A stretch of DNA of 64,000 bases. Origin: an uncultured Ignavibacteriaceae bacterium. GTDB taxonomy: Bacteria; Bacteroidota; Ignavibacteria; UBA10030; BY39. The position numbers were made by a program, and so were the translations under genes. The stretch spans positions 77,278-141,277 of the forward strand of contig CAZOQB010000008.1 in the NCBI GenBank assembly GCA_964581995.1, read 5' to 3'. Below are positions 1-10,248 of this stretch, one piece after another (within the stretch, counting starts at the first letter, position 1; every line of letters begins with the position of its first letter). The notes under the pieces are model-generated. The model was given only the letters and a program-made list of their open reading frames with translations, was not told where the DNA came from and did not search any database.

Positions 1-101
1 CCAGTCAATAATCAAATATTAATCATCTTTTTCTCTGACGTTCAAAGTCAATCTTCAATGGAAACACGAAGAAAATATAAGTTATTTACGAGTGCTGTCA
101 A

Positions 102-2270
102 CTATTTTTTAAAATCGCTGTAATATTTCTTTGTGCATTCCGGGCAGATACCATGCGTAAATTTAGCATCTGAATGCTCGATTATATATTGTTCTATTTG
201 ATTCCAATATCCCTTATCATCGCGTATTTTCTTGCAAGAAGCGCAAATAGGAATTAAACCGCTTAATGTTTTAATATTTGCGAGAGCACTCTGCAGTTCT
301 GAAACAAGCTTTTCTCGCTCCTCTTCCGCCTGTTTCCGCTCGGTGATATCTTGTGCTGATCCATACATCCTTGTCGGCTCGCCTGAAGCATCAATAGCCA
401 CAAAACCTTTGGCAGATAATGTCCTTACTTCTCCGTCTTTTTGTAGTATTCGGTTTTCAAATTCGAATGGCTTATGATCTCGTAGGGCATTTTCAATTTT
501 ATTTTTAAACAACCTTCTCTCATCAGGATTAACAAATTCAACAAATTTTTCTAATGATGGCGTACAATCTTCGGGTTCTAAGCCAAAGTTACGATATAGT
601 TGATCTGACCATGTTACGATGTTCGTATTCAAATCAGCATCCCAACTGCCGATTTTCGACATTTCTTGTGCGATTGAAAGCTGCATTGCAATATTCTGTA
701 TTACTTCTTCTAATTTTCTGCGTTCTAAAACATTTGCCAGGTTCGTTCCTGCTATTCTTAGCAGGCTTACTTCATCATTCTTCCAGGCGCATTCAGTTCG
801 GACGGAATCGAACCCAAGAAATCCGACCAAAGAATTACCGGAAATCATCGGAATGACAACGAGGGATTTGATATCCTGCGACTGGAGAATTTCTTTTTCA
901 GCACTCGCTTCGGGTGGTAGGTTGGCTACACTAGGGATAATAATATTTTCAAATCGCCTAAGTTTAACCATCCACCATGGAAATATTTCAACAGGAAGAC
1001 CTTGAAGATTCTTAATCTGTGACTCGATTCCTTCAGCACACCATTCGTGCGTATTATTCATCTTTGTTCCGTCATCGGAAAAAATAAAAACATAACTGCG
1101 ATCAACCTTAACAAATTCTCCCAGAATCTTAAGAGCGCTCTCTATTGCCTCATCAACCTCAGATATTTTAATATTGACAAAGTTTGAAGATATAGTAGCA
1201 ATAACTTTTTGGAATTCACTGTGGTAAAATATTTCTTCCTCCGCTCGCTTACGCTCAGTAATATCTCTCCAGATGCCAACTAGCTCCTTTGGATTTCCCT
1301 GTTTATCCCTTATAAGAACAATATGATCAGAGAACCAACGATACAATCCGTCAGCGCACAGCCAGCGATATTCTGTATGAGCGTACTCGTCTTTTAACAC
1401 GGAATAATATTTATCCAATGTTTTTTTACGATCATTTGGATGAAGTCGGTTTTGCCAGAACATTGTAGTCTCTGTAAACCATTTTGGCGGATAACCAGTA
1501 ATTAGTTCCACTTGCTCGCTTATCCAAGCAGTTGCTATCTCCGGTGTGACATTAGCTGTATAGAAAACCATTGGGAGTGATTGAAGCACAAGTGATTGTT
1601 GGTGTTCTTTTTTATGAAGTTCTTCTTCCGCTCGTTTACGCTCCGTAATATCCCGTGCAACACCAACCATTGCAACCGGATTGCCATCGTCGTCTTTGAC
1701 GAGTGATGCCCAAAGTTCGATCGGGAAATCACTCCCATCTTTACGGCGATTAATCAACTCACCATGCCATTCTCCGGTAAGTGTAGTGGGAAGTATTTGT
1801 TTGGTTACTTCGGGTGGCGTGTTAGGGGAGCGAACCATCGAAATGTTCTTACCCACTAATTCCTCATTAGTATATCCATAAACATTAACGAACGCAAGAT
1901 TTACAAATATAATGTTATCGTTCATATCGGTAATAGAAATGCAATCCTTTACGGATACAACAGTTTGTGCAAGTAATCTTACCTCCGCTTCTTGAGATCT
2001 GCTTGTAGCGATTTCATCTCTTAGTTCCCTCCACCTACGTAACGAGAAAATACCAAAAGCAAATGCTAATACAATAAGAACAGTAATAATTTCATCCAGC
2101 TTGTAAGCTTTTAGATAATTATGCAATTTAAGAAACATACCGAATACACCTAAATAAACTGCTGCTATTAACACAACAACCGCAACAATTGAGATTACAA
2201 GCAAATCATTGTATGGCGCTATAAGTTTCTTTTTTAATTCTGTGTGGTTTTTATTCATATATTCTCTCAA
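102..2270 (-). CDS. Membrane-anchored multi-PAS/GAF sensor protein with C-terminal Cys-rich domain, no kinase domain
   Basis: Two N-terminal hydrophobic helices; PAS/PAC motifs (NRRKDGSDFPIE..ARDITERKRAEE, twice more DITERK); GAF-like segment; C-terminal PICASCKKIRDD..HGICPEC motif. Real start may be the ATG at 2258. Confidence 0.85.
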   Translation of the reverse strand: MREYMNKNHTELKKKLIAPYNDLLVISIVAVVVLIAAVYLGVFGMFLKLHNYLKAYKLDEIITVLIVLAFAFGIFSLRRWRELRDEIATSRSQEAEVRLLAQTVVSVKDCISITDMNDNIIFVNLAFVNVYGYTNEELVGKNISMVRSPNTPPEVTKQILPTTLTGEWHGELINRRKDGSDFPIELWASLVKDDDGNPVAMVGVARDITERKRAEEELHKKEHQQSLVLQSLPMVFYTANVTPEIATAWISEQVELITGYPPKWFTETTMFWQNRLHPNDRKKTLDKYYSVLKDEYAHTEYRWLCADGLYRWFSDHIVLIRDKQGNPKELVGIWRDITERKRAEEEIFYHSEFQKVIATISSNFVNIKISEVDEAIESALKILGEFVKVDRSYVFIFSDDGTKMNNTHEWCAEGIESQIKNLQGLPVEIFPWWMVKLRRFENIIIPSVANLPPEASAEKEILQSQDIKSLVVIPMISGNSLVGFLGFDSVRTECAWKNDEVSLLRIAGTNLANVLERRKLEEVIQNIAMQLSIAQEMSKIGSWDADLNTNIVTWSDQLYRNFGLEPEDCTPSLEKFVEFVNPDERRLFKNKIENALRDHKPFEFENRILQKDGEVRTLSAKGFVAIDASGEPTRMYGSAQDITERKQAEEEREKLVSELQSALANIKTLSGLIPICASCKKIRDDKGYWNQIEQYIIEHSDAKFTHGICPECTKKYYSDFKK

Positions 2271-2536
2271 CTGTTAAGAATGATTACAATTGCGGTGTGG
2301 AGAAATGATTCGGCTATGTTCACTTTCGTCGAAACTAAATCCGGGAAAATACTTTTTAGGAATGCAATGTCGAAAAGCCACTCTGCTATTAGAAAACAAC
2401 CAATGAGAATAACGAAGGAACTCGAGAATAATGGGACGCGTTTAAGAAAATATACAGCGGTTTGGTTAGTTAATGTTACCATGACTGCTTCCGATCTTAA
2501 GATATAAGTTTTCTTCTTCGAATTCGTATAAGCCAA
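2267..2536 (-). pseudogene. Truncated N-terminal membrane segment of a sensor protein
   Basis: FVILIGCFLIAEWLFDIAFLKSIFPDLVSTKVNIAESF resembles the first TM hairpin of membrane sensor kinases/cyclases; ends after 89 aa with its stop overlapping the next ORF start. Confidence 0.45.
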
Positions 2537-2735
2537 GCATGAAGATCTAAGAAAATTTATTAATAATTTATATTAAAATCAATGATATATTGGAGAAAGT
2601 TCTTCTACACAAAACCAAGTTTAATGTCGTCAATAACTGGCAATTTTCGCAAGTCAGGCATGTTAATTATACCTCCTCAGTTTCGTAATTAACAGAACTT
2701 AGCCACCATAACTTTTACGGGGGACTAACTTAAAA

Positions 2736-2850
2736 GTCATTGCGAGTGTAGCGAAACAATCTCAACGTATCGTTTTCGATTGCAGTGAAAGAATATTCCA
2801 AAGAAATCACTTCATTACTACGTGGTGTCCTTGGAACTCCTCGCAATAAC
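2736..2850. repeat. MITE/RPE-like palindromic element
   Basis: Terminal inverted repeats GTCATTGCGAG / CTCGCAATAAC (1 mismatch) with the GCGAAACAATCTC arm typical of GTCATTGCGAG-class intergenic elements. Confidence 0.65.
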
Positions 2851-2945
2851 AATTCGCTTATTTTGGGACAGCCCATACTAAAGTATTTTTTGTGTAACAT
2901 CAGTAACGACTTGACCAGAACGAAATATTTTAGTATCATAGAAGT

Positions 2946-3329
2946 ATGATTGCAAACATCGGCGGAATATTTCTTTACTCAGAGTGTCCAAAAGAACTGG
3001 CAGAGTGGTACAAAAAATTTTTAGGCATCAAATATAAATACACCAAAGAATACGATGCCTACTATGCGTCCTTTCCGTACAAAGACCCTCATCATAAAAA
3101 AGAAACCTATTCAATTTTTTCGATAATGCCATTAAAAAACAAAACCGCACCAAAAGAGCGAGCATTCACAATCAATTTGAGAGTATATGATATCGAAAAA
3201 GTTGTCGACCATTTAATAAAACACGATGCGATTGTCAAAGGAATCGAAATCTACGACGAGGGTAAGTTTGCATGGACAGAAGATTTAGACGGCAACCACA
3301 TAGAGCTTTGGGAAGACACGAATCTCTAA
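2946..3329 (+). CDS. VOC/glyoxalase family protein
   Basis: IGGIFLYSECPKELAEWY..LGI and GKFAWTEDLDGNHIELWE glyoxalase signature. Confidence 0.85.
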   Translation: MIANIGGIFLYSECPKELAEWYKKFLGIKYKYTKEYDAYYASFPYKDPHHKKETYSIFSIMPLKNKTAPKERAFTINLRVYDIEKVVDHLIKHDAIVKGIEIYDEGKFAWTEDLDGNHIELWEDTNL

Positions 3330-3331
3330 AA

Positions 3332-3835
3332 ATGAATAAAGCAAGACAACCAAAATTAGATATAGCACGAACACAAACTGAAACGGTGCTCGAGTTTTTA
3401 AGCGGAGGCATTCTCCTTTTTTTATTCTTTTTGATGTTTCAAAACTGGACCGAAATCCCAGAGTTAATCCCCACGCATTTTGGTGTTTCCGGTAAAGTGG
3501 ATACATGGGGAAGTAAATATACAATTCTTCTTATTCCATCAATCACACTTCTTATCTATGTTGGGCTTACGATACTTTACCGTTTCCCTCACGTATACAA
3601 TTATCCATGGCGAATCACAGATGAGAACGCGACAAGGCAATACATGCTCGCTCGTACTTTTCTGTGCTGGTTAAAATTCGAGCTTGTCGTTCTATTTACC
3701 TGTATCGAATGGACAATAATTCAAGTCGCATTTGGAAAGTCAAGTGGTTTAGGGATCGGATTCCTTCCTTTTTTTATGATAATAGTTTTCGGGACTATCG
3801 GAATTTATTTCTGGCTTGCCTACAAGGCACGCTGA
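3332..3835 (+). CDS. DUF1648 domain membrane protein
   Basis: IPTHFGVSGKVDTWGSK motif plus four TM segments; start reassigned to the ATG at 3332 downstream of the VOC stop. Confidence 0.8.
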   Translation: MNKARQPKLDIARTQTETVLEFLSGGILLFLFFLMFQNWTEIPELIPTHFGVSGKVDTWGSKYTILLIPSITLLIYVGLTILYRFPHVYNYPWRITDENATRQYMLARTFLCWLKFELVVLFTCIEWTIIQVAFGKSSGLGIGFLPFFMIIVFGTIGIYFWLAYKAR

Positions 3836-3910
3836 AAGTTATACATATTTCAGTTTTTTAACATAATTCTTGAATTTCACACTTATTCTGTTTAAATTGC
3901 AATCAAATTT

Positions 3911-4960
3911 ATGCGTAAATCAGATATTACATCCCCTGAGCAATTTGAAGGCGAAGTTGAGCTTGACCAAACTTTACGCCCGCTTAAGTTTACCGATTTT
4001 TACGGTCAAGAAAAGATTGTCAGTAACCTGAAAGTGTTCATCGCCGCAGCAAAAAATCGGAATGAAACACTCGACCACGTCTTACTTACCGGTCCTCCCG
4101 GACTTGGCAAAACGACTCTTGCTTATATAATTGCAGCCGAGATGGGAAGCAACATAAAAATTACTTCAGGACCCGCAATAGATAAACCCTACAACCTCGC
4201 AGGCATTCTCACCAGCTTAAGTAGTGGCGATGTTTTGTTCATCGATGAAATCCATCGGCTTAATCCTGTTGTTGAAGAATATCTTTATCCCGCGATGGAA
4301 GATTTTGTTATCGACATTGTACTCGACTCAGGACCTAATGCGCGCAATGTTCAGCTCAAGCTTCCAAAATTTACACTTGTCGGCGCTACAACCCGCTCAG
4401 GGTTACTTACTGCTCCATTGCGTTCACGCTTTGGCGTAACGAATAGGTTGGATTACTACGATTCTGAAACTCTTTCCAAAATAATAAAGCGATCATCGGA
4501 AATTCTGAACGTTGAAATAACCGATGACGGAATTCAAACTATTTCTACTCGCTCACGCGGCACACCTCGTATCTCCAACCGATTACTAAAGCGATGCAGA
4601 GATTTTGCTCAGGCAGATAAAAATCTTAAATTGCATAAAGGTGTCATTAATAAAGAAGTGGCTGAGTATTCACTTAAAGCCCTCGAGGTTGACAGCCGGG
4701 GTTTGGATGAAATGGATAAGCGAATAATAACAACAATCATCGAAAAATTCGCCGGCGGTCCTGTTGGACTTGCAACACTCTCTTCAGCGGTTAGTGAAGA
4801 TGCGGGCACGATAGAAGAAGTTTACGAACCGTATCTTTTGCAAGAAGGGTTTATACAAAGAACTCCGCGCGGACGAGAAGCAACAAAATTGGCATACGAA
4901 CACTTTAACTTGAAACGGAAAACGACAAGCCAGTCCACACTCGATTTCAAACAACAATGA
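3911..4960 (+). CDS. ruvB: Holliday junction branch migration helicase RuvB
   Basis: LRP..F..GQ, Walker [54 protein letters not shown]. Confidence 0.98.
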   Translation: MRKSDITSPEQFEGEVELDQTLRPLKFTDFYGQEKIVSNLKVFIAAAKNRNETLDHVLLTGPPGLGKTTLAYIIAAEMGSNIKITSGPAIDKPYNLAGILTSLSSGDVLFIDEIHRLNPVVEEYLYPAMEDFVIDIVLDSGPNARNVQLKLPKFTLVGATTRSGLLTAPLRSRFGVTNRLDYYDSETLSKIIKRSSEILNVEITDDGIQTISTRSRGTPRISNRLLKRCRDFAQADKNLKLHKGVINKEVAEYSLKALEVDSRGLDEMDKRIITTIIEKFAGGPVGLATLSSAVSEDAGTIEEVYEPYLLQEGFIQRTPRGREATKLAYEHFNLKRKTTSQSTLDFKQQ

Positions 4961-5075
4961 TCAAATTTCAAATCTCAAATAATAATCAACATCCAAGTTC
5001 CAATTTACTTCACTCATTTGTCTTCCAAATTTGGACATTGAAATTTATTTGTCAATTGTTTATTGACAATTGTTA
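4961..5075. repeat. 7-nt-periodic low-complexity intergenic element
   Basis: TCAAATT-TCAAATC-TCAAAT left arm and TTTGGACATTGAAATT..TTGACAATTG right arm; AATTTCAAATCTCAAA (4964-4979) recurs at 21021-21036. Confidence 0.55.
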
Positions 5076-5076
5076 A

Positions 5077-5526
5077 TTGAAGAACATGTTTAGACCACCA
5101 TACAAATACAAACGCACTTTCATCGGTTCAATTCCATCTGGTTCAGATTTATATGAGGCACTAACAAAAATCATAACCGAAGAAGATATTCGTACTGGCA
5201 ACATTACGGCTATCGGGGCTGTTACGAATGCTATTATCGGATATTTTGATCAAAATAAAAAAGAGTACCTTAAAATTGAGTTGAACAGCGGCTATGAAAT
5301 TCTGAGCTGCATCGGAAATGTGAGCGTTCGTGAAGGCAAACCATTCGTCCATGCACACATAACACTCAGCGATAAAGAAGGCAATGTTTTTGGCGGACAT
5401 CTAATGCCGGGCACCAAAGTTTTTGCCTGCGAAGTTTTCATAGATGAATATACAGGCGAAGACTTAGTACGCGAAAAAGATACTTCAACAAATTTGTTCC
5501 TCTGGAAAAATAAAAATCTCATTTAA
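5077..5526 (+). CDS. PPC/DUF296 domain protein
   Basis: AIGAV, EILSCIGNVS, HAHITLSDKEGNVFGGHL, ACEVFI motifs. Confidence 0.9.
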   Translation: MKNMFRPPYKYKRTFIGSIPSGSDLYEALTKIITEEDIRTGNITAIGAVTNAIIGYFDQNKKEYLKIELNSGYEILSCIGNVSVREGKPFVHAHITLSDKEGNVFGGHLMPGTKVFACEVFIDEYTGEDLVREKDTSTNLFLWKNKNLI

Positions 5527-6275
5527 TGAAATTATTATCGATATTAATATTATCTTTTCCCCTGATACCTATCTCCGCATCTGTTTGCCAAGAAAGTAAT
5601 ATTGAAAATGTGGCAACCGCATCTGACCCGGTTCAAAATCGGCTTTTCTGGATGTCAACGGGTAACACAGTTCCAAAGGGAAAATTTTGGGGAAGCATGT
5701 ACACCTTTTATCTAATTCAAGGCGGTTATGCGTTCACCGATTATTTTCATCTAAATCTCACAATACCATTACCGATATGGGGTTCCTCGTTTTTAGGAAC
5801 CGGTGCAAAATTCCAAATCTACAAAAGTGACGATTTAGTAAGAGGTATTGCAATCGGTGCCGATTGGTTTATAGCAGATAAATTATTTTCTTCATCAAGC
5901 TCTATGAGAGAAAATTTTTATGGAAATATTTCATTTAGTTTAGGGACAAATAGCACAAAACTTCATTTCAATGTTACACAATTTTTTCAGAAAGAAACTG
6001 AATACAGCGACTCGCATAGTTGGGCACAGATTGGATTTGAGACAAACGTTTCGAGCACACAAAAGGGGGGCGCTAAATTCATAGCCGAAGGAACGATACC
6101 ACAAACTTATGGAGAAAGATTCGAGTTATCGTTATTTTTAATTGGGGTAAGAGCTTATCGAAGTAATTTTGTTGGAGAATTTGCATTTGTTTTCACACGA
6201 TTTAGCTTTTTCAGTGAAAGGGACAAGTTTGAAATTATTAAATTTCCATATATAGGTTTAACTTATTCATTTTAG
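5526..6275 (+). CDS. Exported hypothetical protein, probable outer-membrane beta-barrel
   Basis: Signal peptide, alternating beta-strand pattern, C-terminal aromatic (YIGLTYSF). Confidence 0.55.
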   Translation: MKLLSILILSFPLIPISASVCQESNIENVATASDPVQNRLFWMSTGNTVPKGKFWGSMYTFYLIQGGYAFTDYFHLNLTIPLPIWGSSFLGTGAKFQIYKSDDLVRGIAIGADWFIADKLFSSSSSMRENFYGNISFSLGTNSTKLHFNVTQFFQKETEYSDSHSWAQIGFETNVSSTQKGGAKFIAEGTIPQTYGERFELSLFLIGVRAYRSNFVGEFAFVFTRFSFFSERDKFEIIKFPYIGLTYSF

Positions 6276-6284
6276 AGGAATTTT

Positions 6285-7904
6285 ATGTCATCATACAAAG
6301 ATTTAGCATCAATACAGGAAGTACGAGATTTACTCGCTCAAGCACACGAAGCCGTCCAAGAATTCCGCGCCTACGATCAAGAACGAACAGATAAAATCGT
6401 AAAAGCCATGGCGGATGCCGGCTATGAAGCCGCCGAACGTTTAGGGAAAATGGCTTACGAGGAAACTGGGTTCGGAAAGCCGGAAGACAAAAAAAAGAAA
6501 AATGAATTCGCTACGAGGCGAGTCTGGGAATCAATAAAAGATTTAAGAACTGCGGGAGTTATTCATGAAGACCGCGAAAAGAAGATAATCGAAATTGGCG
6601 AACCCATGGGCGTTGTTGCTGCTTTAATTCCTTCCACAAATCCGACATCAAGCATGATGTTCAAAGCGATTATTTCTTTAAAAGGAAGAAACGCGATAGT
6701 CGCAAGCCCACATCCTAAAGCAATTTTATCAACTCTCGAAGCGACAAAGCTGATGCGTGAAGCCGCTGAATCTGCCGGCGCGCCAAAAGGGATTATTCAC
6801 TGCATGACTCAGCCGACGCTCGAAGGCACAAACGAATTGATGCGGAATAAATTAACCGGAGTGATTCTCGCAACAGGAAGCGGTGCAATGGTAAAAGCTG
6901 CTTACAGTTCAGGCAAACCTGCTTATGGAGTTGGACCCGGAAACGTACCGGCATTTATCGAGCGAACGGCAAACATTCAAAAAGCAGTTGCAGATGTGCT
7001 TTCGGGAAAACAATTCGATAACGGTGTGCTTTGCTCGACTGAATCCTCGCTCATTTGCGACTCACCGATAAAAGATCAGGTTGTTGCAGAGTGCAACCGA
7101 CTCGGAGGTTACTTTGTGGAAGGAGAAGACAAAGAAAAACTGTCACGCTTGATGTTCGATAGAGAAGGTCATCTTAATGCAGCTATGGTTGGTAAATCTG
7201 CTTTGTTTATTGCAGAACAAGCAGGAATCAAAGTTCCGACAGAAACCAAAGTATTGATAGCAGAATTAAATGCCGTTGGAAAAAACATTCCATTGTCAAG
7301 AGAGAAACTCTCCCCCATTTTATCTTTTTACACAGAGCTTAATTGGCGGGATGCATGCCATCGGTGCATCGAGTTACTCGAGTTTGGCGGTGTCGGTCAT
7401 ACAATGGTCATTCACTCCACCGATGAAGACATCATAATGAAGTTTGCAATCGAAAAACCCGCTTCACGAATTTTAGTAAATACACAGTCGGCATTCGGTG
7501 CGGTTGGCGGAACGAATGAGCTTCTTCCCTCTCTCACGCTGGGACCCGGAACAATCGGCGGCTCGATTATATCTGAAAATGTTTCAGCTAAACACCTGAT
7601 TAACATTAAGCGACTTGTGTTTGAAACGAGACCCATCAACCCTTCACAATATAGTGAGCAGAAATTTGTTAAGCCACAAGCGACAAAACCCGCTACAGAA
7701 ATTAAACCGACGGAATCCTGGATAGAAAAGATTGAGCAGCACTTACGTGAAGGTGCGGGAAATATTCCAGTTTGGAAAAAAAGTACGGAACAACCAACAA
7801 AAGAAACTGAGAAGGTTACACCACCCAAAGGCGGTAATGTATTAGGAAGTGGCATTTCAGAAGAAGAGGTGGAGAAAATAATCCGCGAGTTTCAGAAGAA
7901 ATAG
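6285..7904 (+). CDS. CoA-acylating aldehyde dehydrogenase (EutE/PduP/AdhE-N type) with C-terminal extension
   Basis: PMGVVAALIPSTNPTS, ILATGS, GVGPGNVP, FDNGVLCSTE (catalytic Cys), GHTMVIHS; about 90-aa extra C-terminal tail. Confidence 0.9.
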   Translation: MSSYKDLASIQEVRDLLAQAHEAVQEFRAYDQERTDKIVKAMADAGYEAAERLGKMAYEETGFGKPEDKKKKNEFATRRVWESIKDLRTAGVIHEDREKKIIEIGEPMGVVAALIPSTNPTSSMMFKAIISLKGRNAIVASPHPKAILSTLEATKLMREAAESAGAPKGIIHCMTQPTLEGTNELMRNKLTGVILATGSGAMVKAAYSSGKPAYGVGPGNVPAFIERTANIQKAVADVLSGKQFDNGVLCSTESSLICDSPIKDQVVAECNRLGGYFVEGEDKEKLSRLMFDREGHLNAAMVGKSALFIAEQAGIKVPTETKVLIAELNAVGKNIPLSREKLSPILSFYTELNWRDACHRCIELLEFGGVGHTMVIHSTDEDIIMKFAIEKPASRILVNTQSAFGAVGGTNELLPSLTLGPGTIGGSIISENVSAKHLINIKRLVFETRPINPSQYSEQKFVKPQATKPATEIKPTESWIEKIEQHLREGAGNIPVWKKSTEQPTKETEKVTPPKGGNVLGSGISEEEVEKIIREFQKK

Positions 7905-8075
7905 ACCGCGGATGACACGGATAAGACGGATCAACACAGATTCTAAAAATCCCAAATAATATCGAATACTCAAAATACAATTCTTTGGAAAAGTATACAA
8001 TGTATCTATTGATATTTTGTATTTGTTTTTTATTTGATAATTGTTGTTTGCTATTTGATATTTCATATAAAAGTT
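7905..8075. repeat. Compound low-complexity intergenic element
   Basis: CCGCGGATGACACGGATAAGACGGATCAACACAGAT (RCGGAT/ACAGAT repeats), then AAATCCCAAAT..AAATACAA mirrored by TTGTATTTG..TATTTGATA. Confidence 0.5.
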
Positions 8076-8081
8076 AGTACG

Positions 8082-8699
8082 ATGTTAAATTCACTCAAAA
8101 AACTTCCTCGCTCATTCTACATCCGTCCAACCTTAAAAGTCGCAAAAGATTTACTCGGTAAATATTTAATCCGGAAACTTGGCAGGCAGTATCTTGTCGG
8201 AAAGATTGTTGAAGTCGAAGCTTATCTTCACAACGATCCAGCCAGCCATTCATACCGCGGTAAGACAAAACGCAACGAGGTAATGTTCCGGCAAGGCGGG
8301 CATCTGTATGTTTACTTCACTTACGGTATGCACTTTTGCTGCAATGTTGTAACAGAGGAAGAAGGCAAAGGATGTGCTGTGTTGATACGAGCGGTTGAAC
8401 CGGTAGAAAATATTCAAGTGATGCAAAAGCTTAGGGATATTGATACTTCTAAAAATCCATACAATCTGACTAACGGTCCGGCAAAATTGTGCAAGGCATT
8501 TGCACTCGGAAGAAATGAAAACGGAACTGACTTGTGTGGGGATGAGGTATGGATTGGTGAATATCGAATGTCGAATACTGAATATCGAATGTCGAATAAA
8601 AATGTTGTATCCTCATCGAGGGTAGGAATAACCAACGGTTCTGAACAGAAGTGGAGGTTTTATATAAGAAATAACAAGTGGGTTTCTAAATATCGATAG
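8082..8699 (+). CDS. mpg: DNA-3-methyladenine glycosylase (MPG/AAG family)
   Basis: VAKDLLGK, IVEVEAY, YVYFTYGMHFCCNVV, AVLIRAVEP, LTNGPAKLCKA, RVGI; start moved to the ATG at 8082. Confidence 0.93.
   Translation: MLNSLKKLPRSFYIRPTLKVAKDLLGKYLIRKLGRQYLVGKIVEVEAYLHNDPASHSYRGKTKRNEVMFRQGGHLYVYFTYGMHFCCNVVTEEEGKGCAVLIRAVEPVENIQVMQKLRDIDTSKNPYNLTNGPAKLCKAFALGRNENGTDLCGDEVWIGEYRMSNTEYRMSNKNVVSSSRVGITNGSEQKWRFYIRNNKWVSKYR
8559..8600 (+). repeat. Six tandem GAATNNN heptamers inside mpg
   Basis: GAATATC GAATGTC GAATACT GAATATC GAATGTC GAATAAA = 42 nt, in frame (EYRMSNTEYRMSNK). Confidence 0.85.
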
Positions 8700-8744
8700 A
8701 TTTCCGATTTCTATAGAAGTTTGAGCAAAAAAGAAATCGGAAAT

Positions 8745-10151
8745 CTAATCAGAAAATATCTTCCCCGGGTTTAAAATATTATTTGGGTCAAAGACATTTT
8801 TTATTTCTCTCATCAATTTTATCTCTATTTCCGAAAGCGCTATCGGTAAATAACTTTTCTGCGAATAACCAATGCCGTGCTCGCCCGAAATCGTACCGCC
8901 TAAACTTACAGTAAGCTCAAATATCTCTCTAATAGTCGTGTCAATATTTTTCTTCCAACTCGCATCGTCGAGTTTGTCCTTTAAAAGATTTACATGCACG
9001 TTGCCGTCGCCGGCATGACCGTAACAAATTGAAGTGATTCCGTACTTGCCACAAATTTCTTTAACACCTTGAACGAGGTGCGGCAGCTTCGCTCTCGGAA
9101 CAACTGTATCTTCCTCTTTATATGCTGAAATTGACTTTACGGCTTCACCAATTGCCCGGCGCAAAGCCCAAACATCTTCCACTTTTTGTCTTTCTTCCGC
9201 TATCAGGACATCAACTGCCTTGTGTTTCTCAACTACACTCGCTATTATTTCTATATCGCGTGTGAGTCCGTCGTCATAATTTCCGTCAACCTCAATAAGC
9301 AACTGAGCTTCGGCATCACCGTTCGGAAATCTCTTGTCAAGCTTTCCCTCCGCCGCCTTTACTGCCGATTTCTCCATAAACTCAATAGCAGAGGGTGTTA
9401 TACCGTTTTGAAAAATATCAGCTACAGCAGTGGCTGCATCTTCGAGTGAATTGAAAGCAACAAGCAGTACCTTCCTTAACTTCGGTAATGGAATTATCCT
9501 GAAAATTATTTTTGTAATAACCGCAAGCGTTCCTTCACTTCCGATAATTAATTGAGTTAGATTATAACCCGTTACGTTTTTCAGGACTTTTCCACCCGCA
9601 TTAATAATTTCACCCGTCGGCAAAACTGCTTCTATACCTAAAACATAGTCCTTTGTTCCTCCATACTTAACCGTTCGTGGACCGCTTGAAGACTCGGCAA
9701 GGTTCCCACCAAGTAAACAGCTTCCACGCGAAGCAGGGTCGGGTGGGTAAAACAAGCCGCGCTTTTCAAGTTCTTCCTGAAATGTTTGTGTAATAACTCC
9801 CGGCTCAACCGCTGCAAGAAAATTCTTTTCATCGACCTCAAGAATTTTATTAAACTTCTCCATCGAAAGACAAACTCCGCCGTGAACTGTAAGCGCACCG
9901 CCAGAAAGTCCTGTACCTCCGCCTCTTGGTGTAACTGGAAACCGGTATTCATTAGCAAGTTTTAGAATCTCAGAAATTTGCTGAGTCGTTGTGGGCTTTA
10001 CAACCACATCGGGTAAAAATTTTAAATCCTCAGTCTCGTCGTGAGAGTAATTCTCCAATGTTTCACCATCAACGAATAAATTAGCATTACCGACAATACT
10101 GGATAATCTTCCAATTATTTGAGGTGTTATCTTATTATACGTTGTCATCAA
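8745..10151 (-). CDS. FAD-linked oxidase, GlcD/D-lactate dehydrogenase family
   Basis: PRGGGTGLSGGA, YPPDPAS, GSEGTLAVIT, GHAGDGNVH, ISGEHGIG, LNPGKIF. Confidence 0.92.
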   Translation of the reverse strand: MMTTYNKITPQIIGRLSSIVGNANLFVDGETLENYSHDETEDLKFLPDVVVKPTTTQQISEILKLANEYRFPVTPRGGGTGLSGGALTVHGGVCLSMEKFNKILEVDEKNFLAAVEPGVITQTFQEELEKRGLFYPPDPASRGSCLLGGNLAESSSGPRTVKYGGTKDYVLGIEAVLPTGEIINAGGKVLKNVTGYNLTQLIIGSEGTLAVITKIIFRIIPLPKLRKVLLVAFNSLEDAATAVADIFQNGITPSAIEFMEKSAVKAAEGKLDKRFPNGDAEAQLLIEVDGNYDDGLTRDIEIIASVVEKHKAVDVLIAEERQKVEDVWALRRAIGEAVKSISAYKEEDTVVPRAKLPHLVQGVKEICGKYGITSICYGHAGDGNVHVNLLKDKLDDASWKKNIDTTIREIFELTVSLGGTISGEHGIGYSQKSYLPIALSEIEIKLMREIKNVFDPNNILNPGKIFSD

Positions 10152-10248
10152 TTATTCTTTTTCTTTAACTGCTAAGTAATATAAACAAAAGATTGTAATC
10201 TTAAAATTATTTTTTGTATCTTTTAAAAGATAACTAAAAGAGGTTGAA

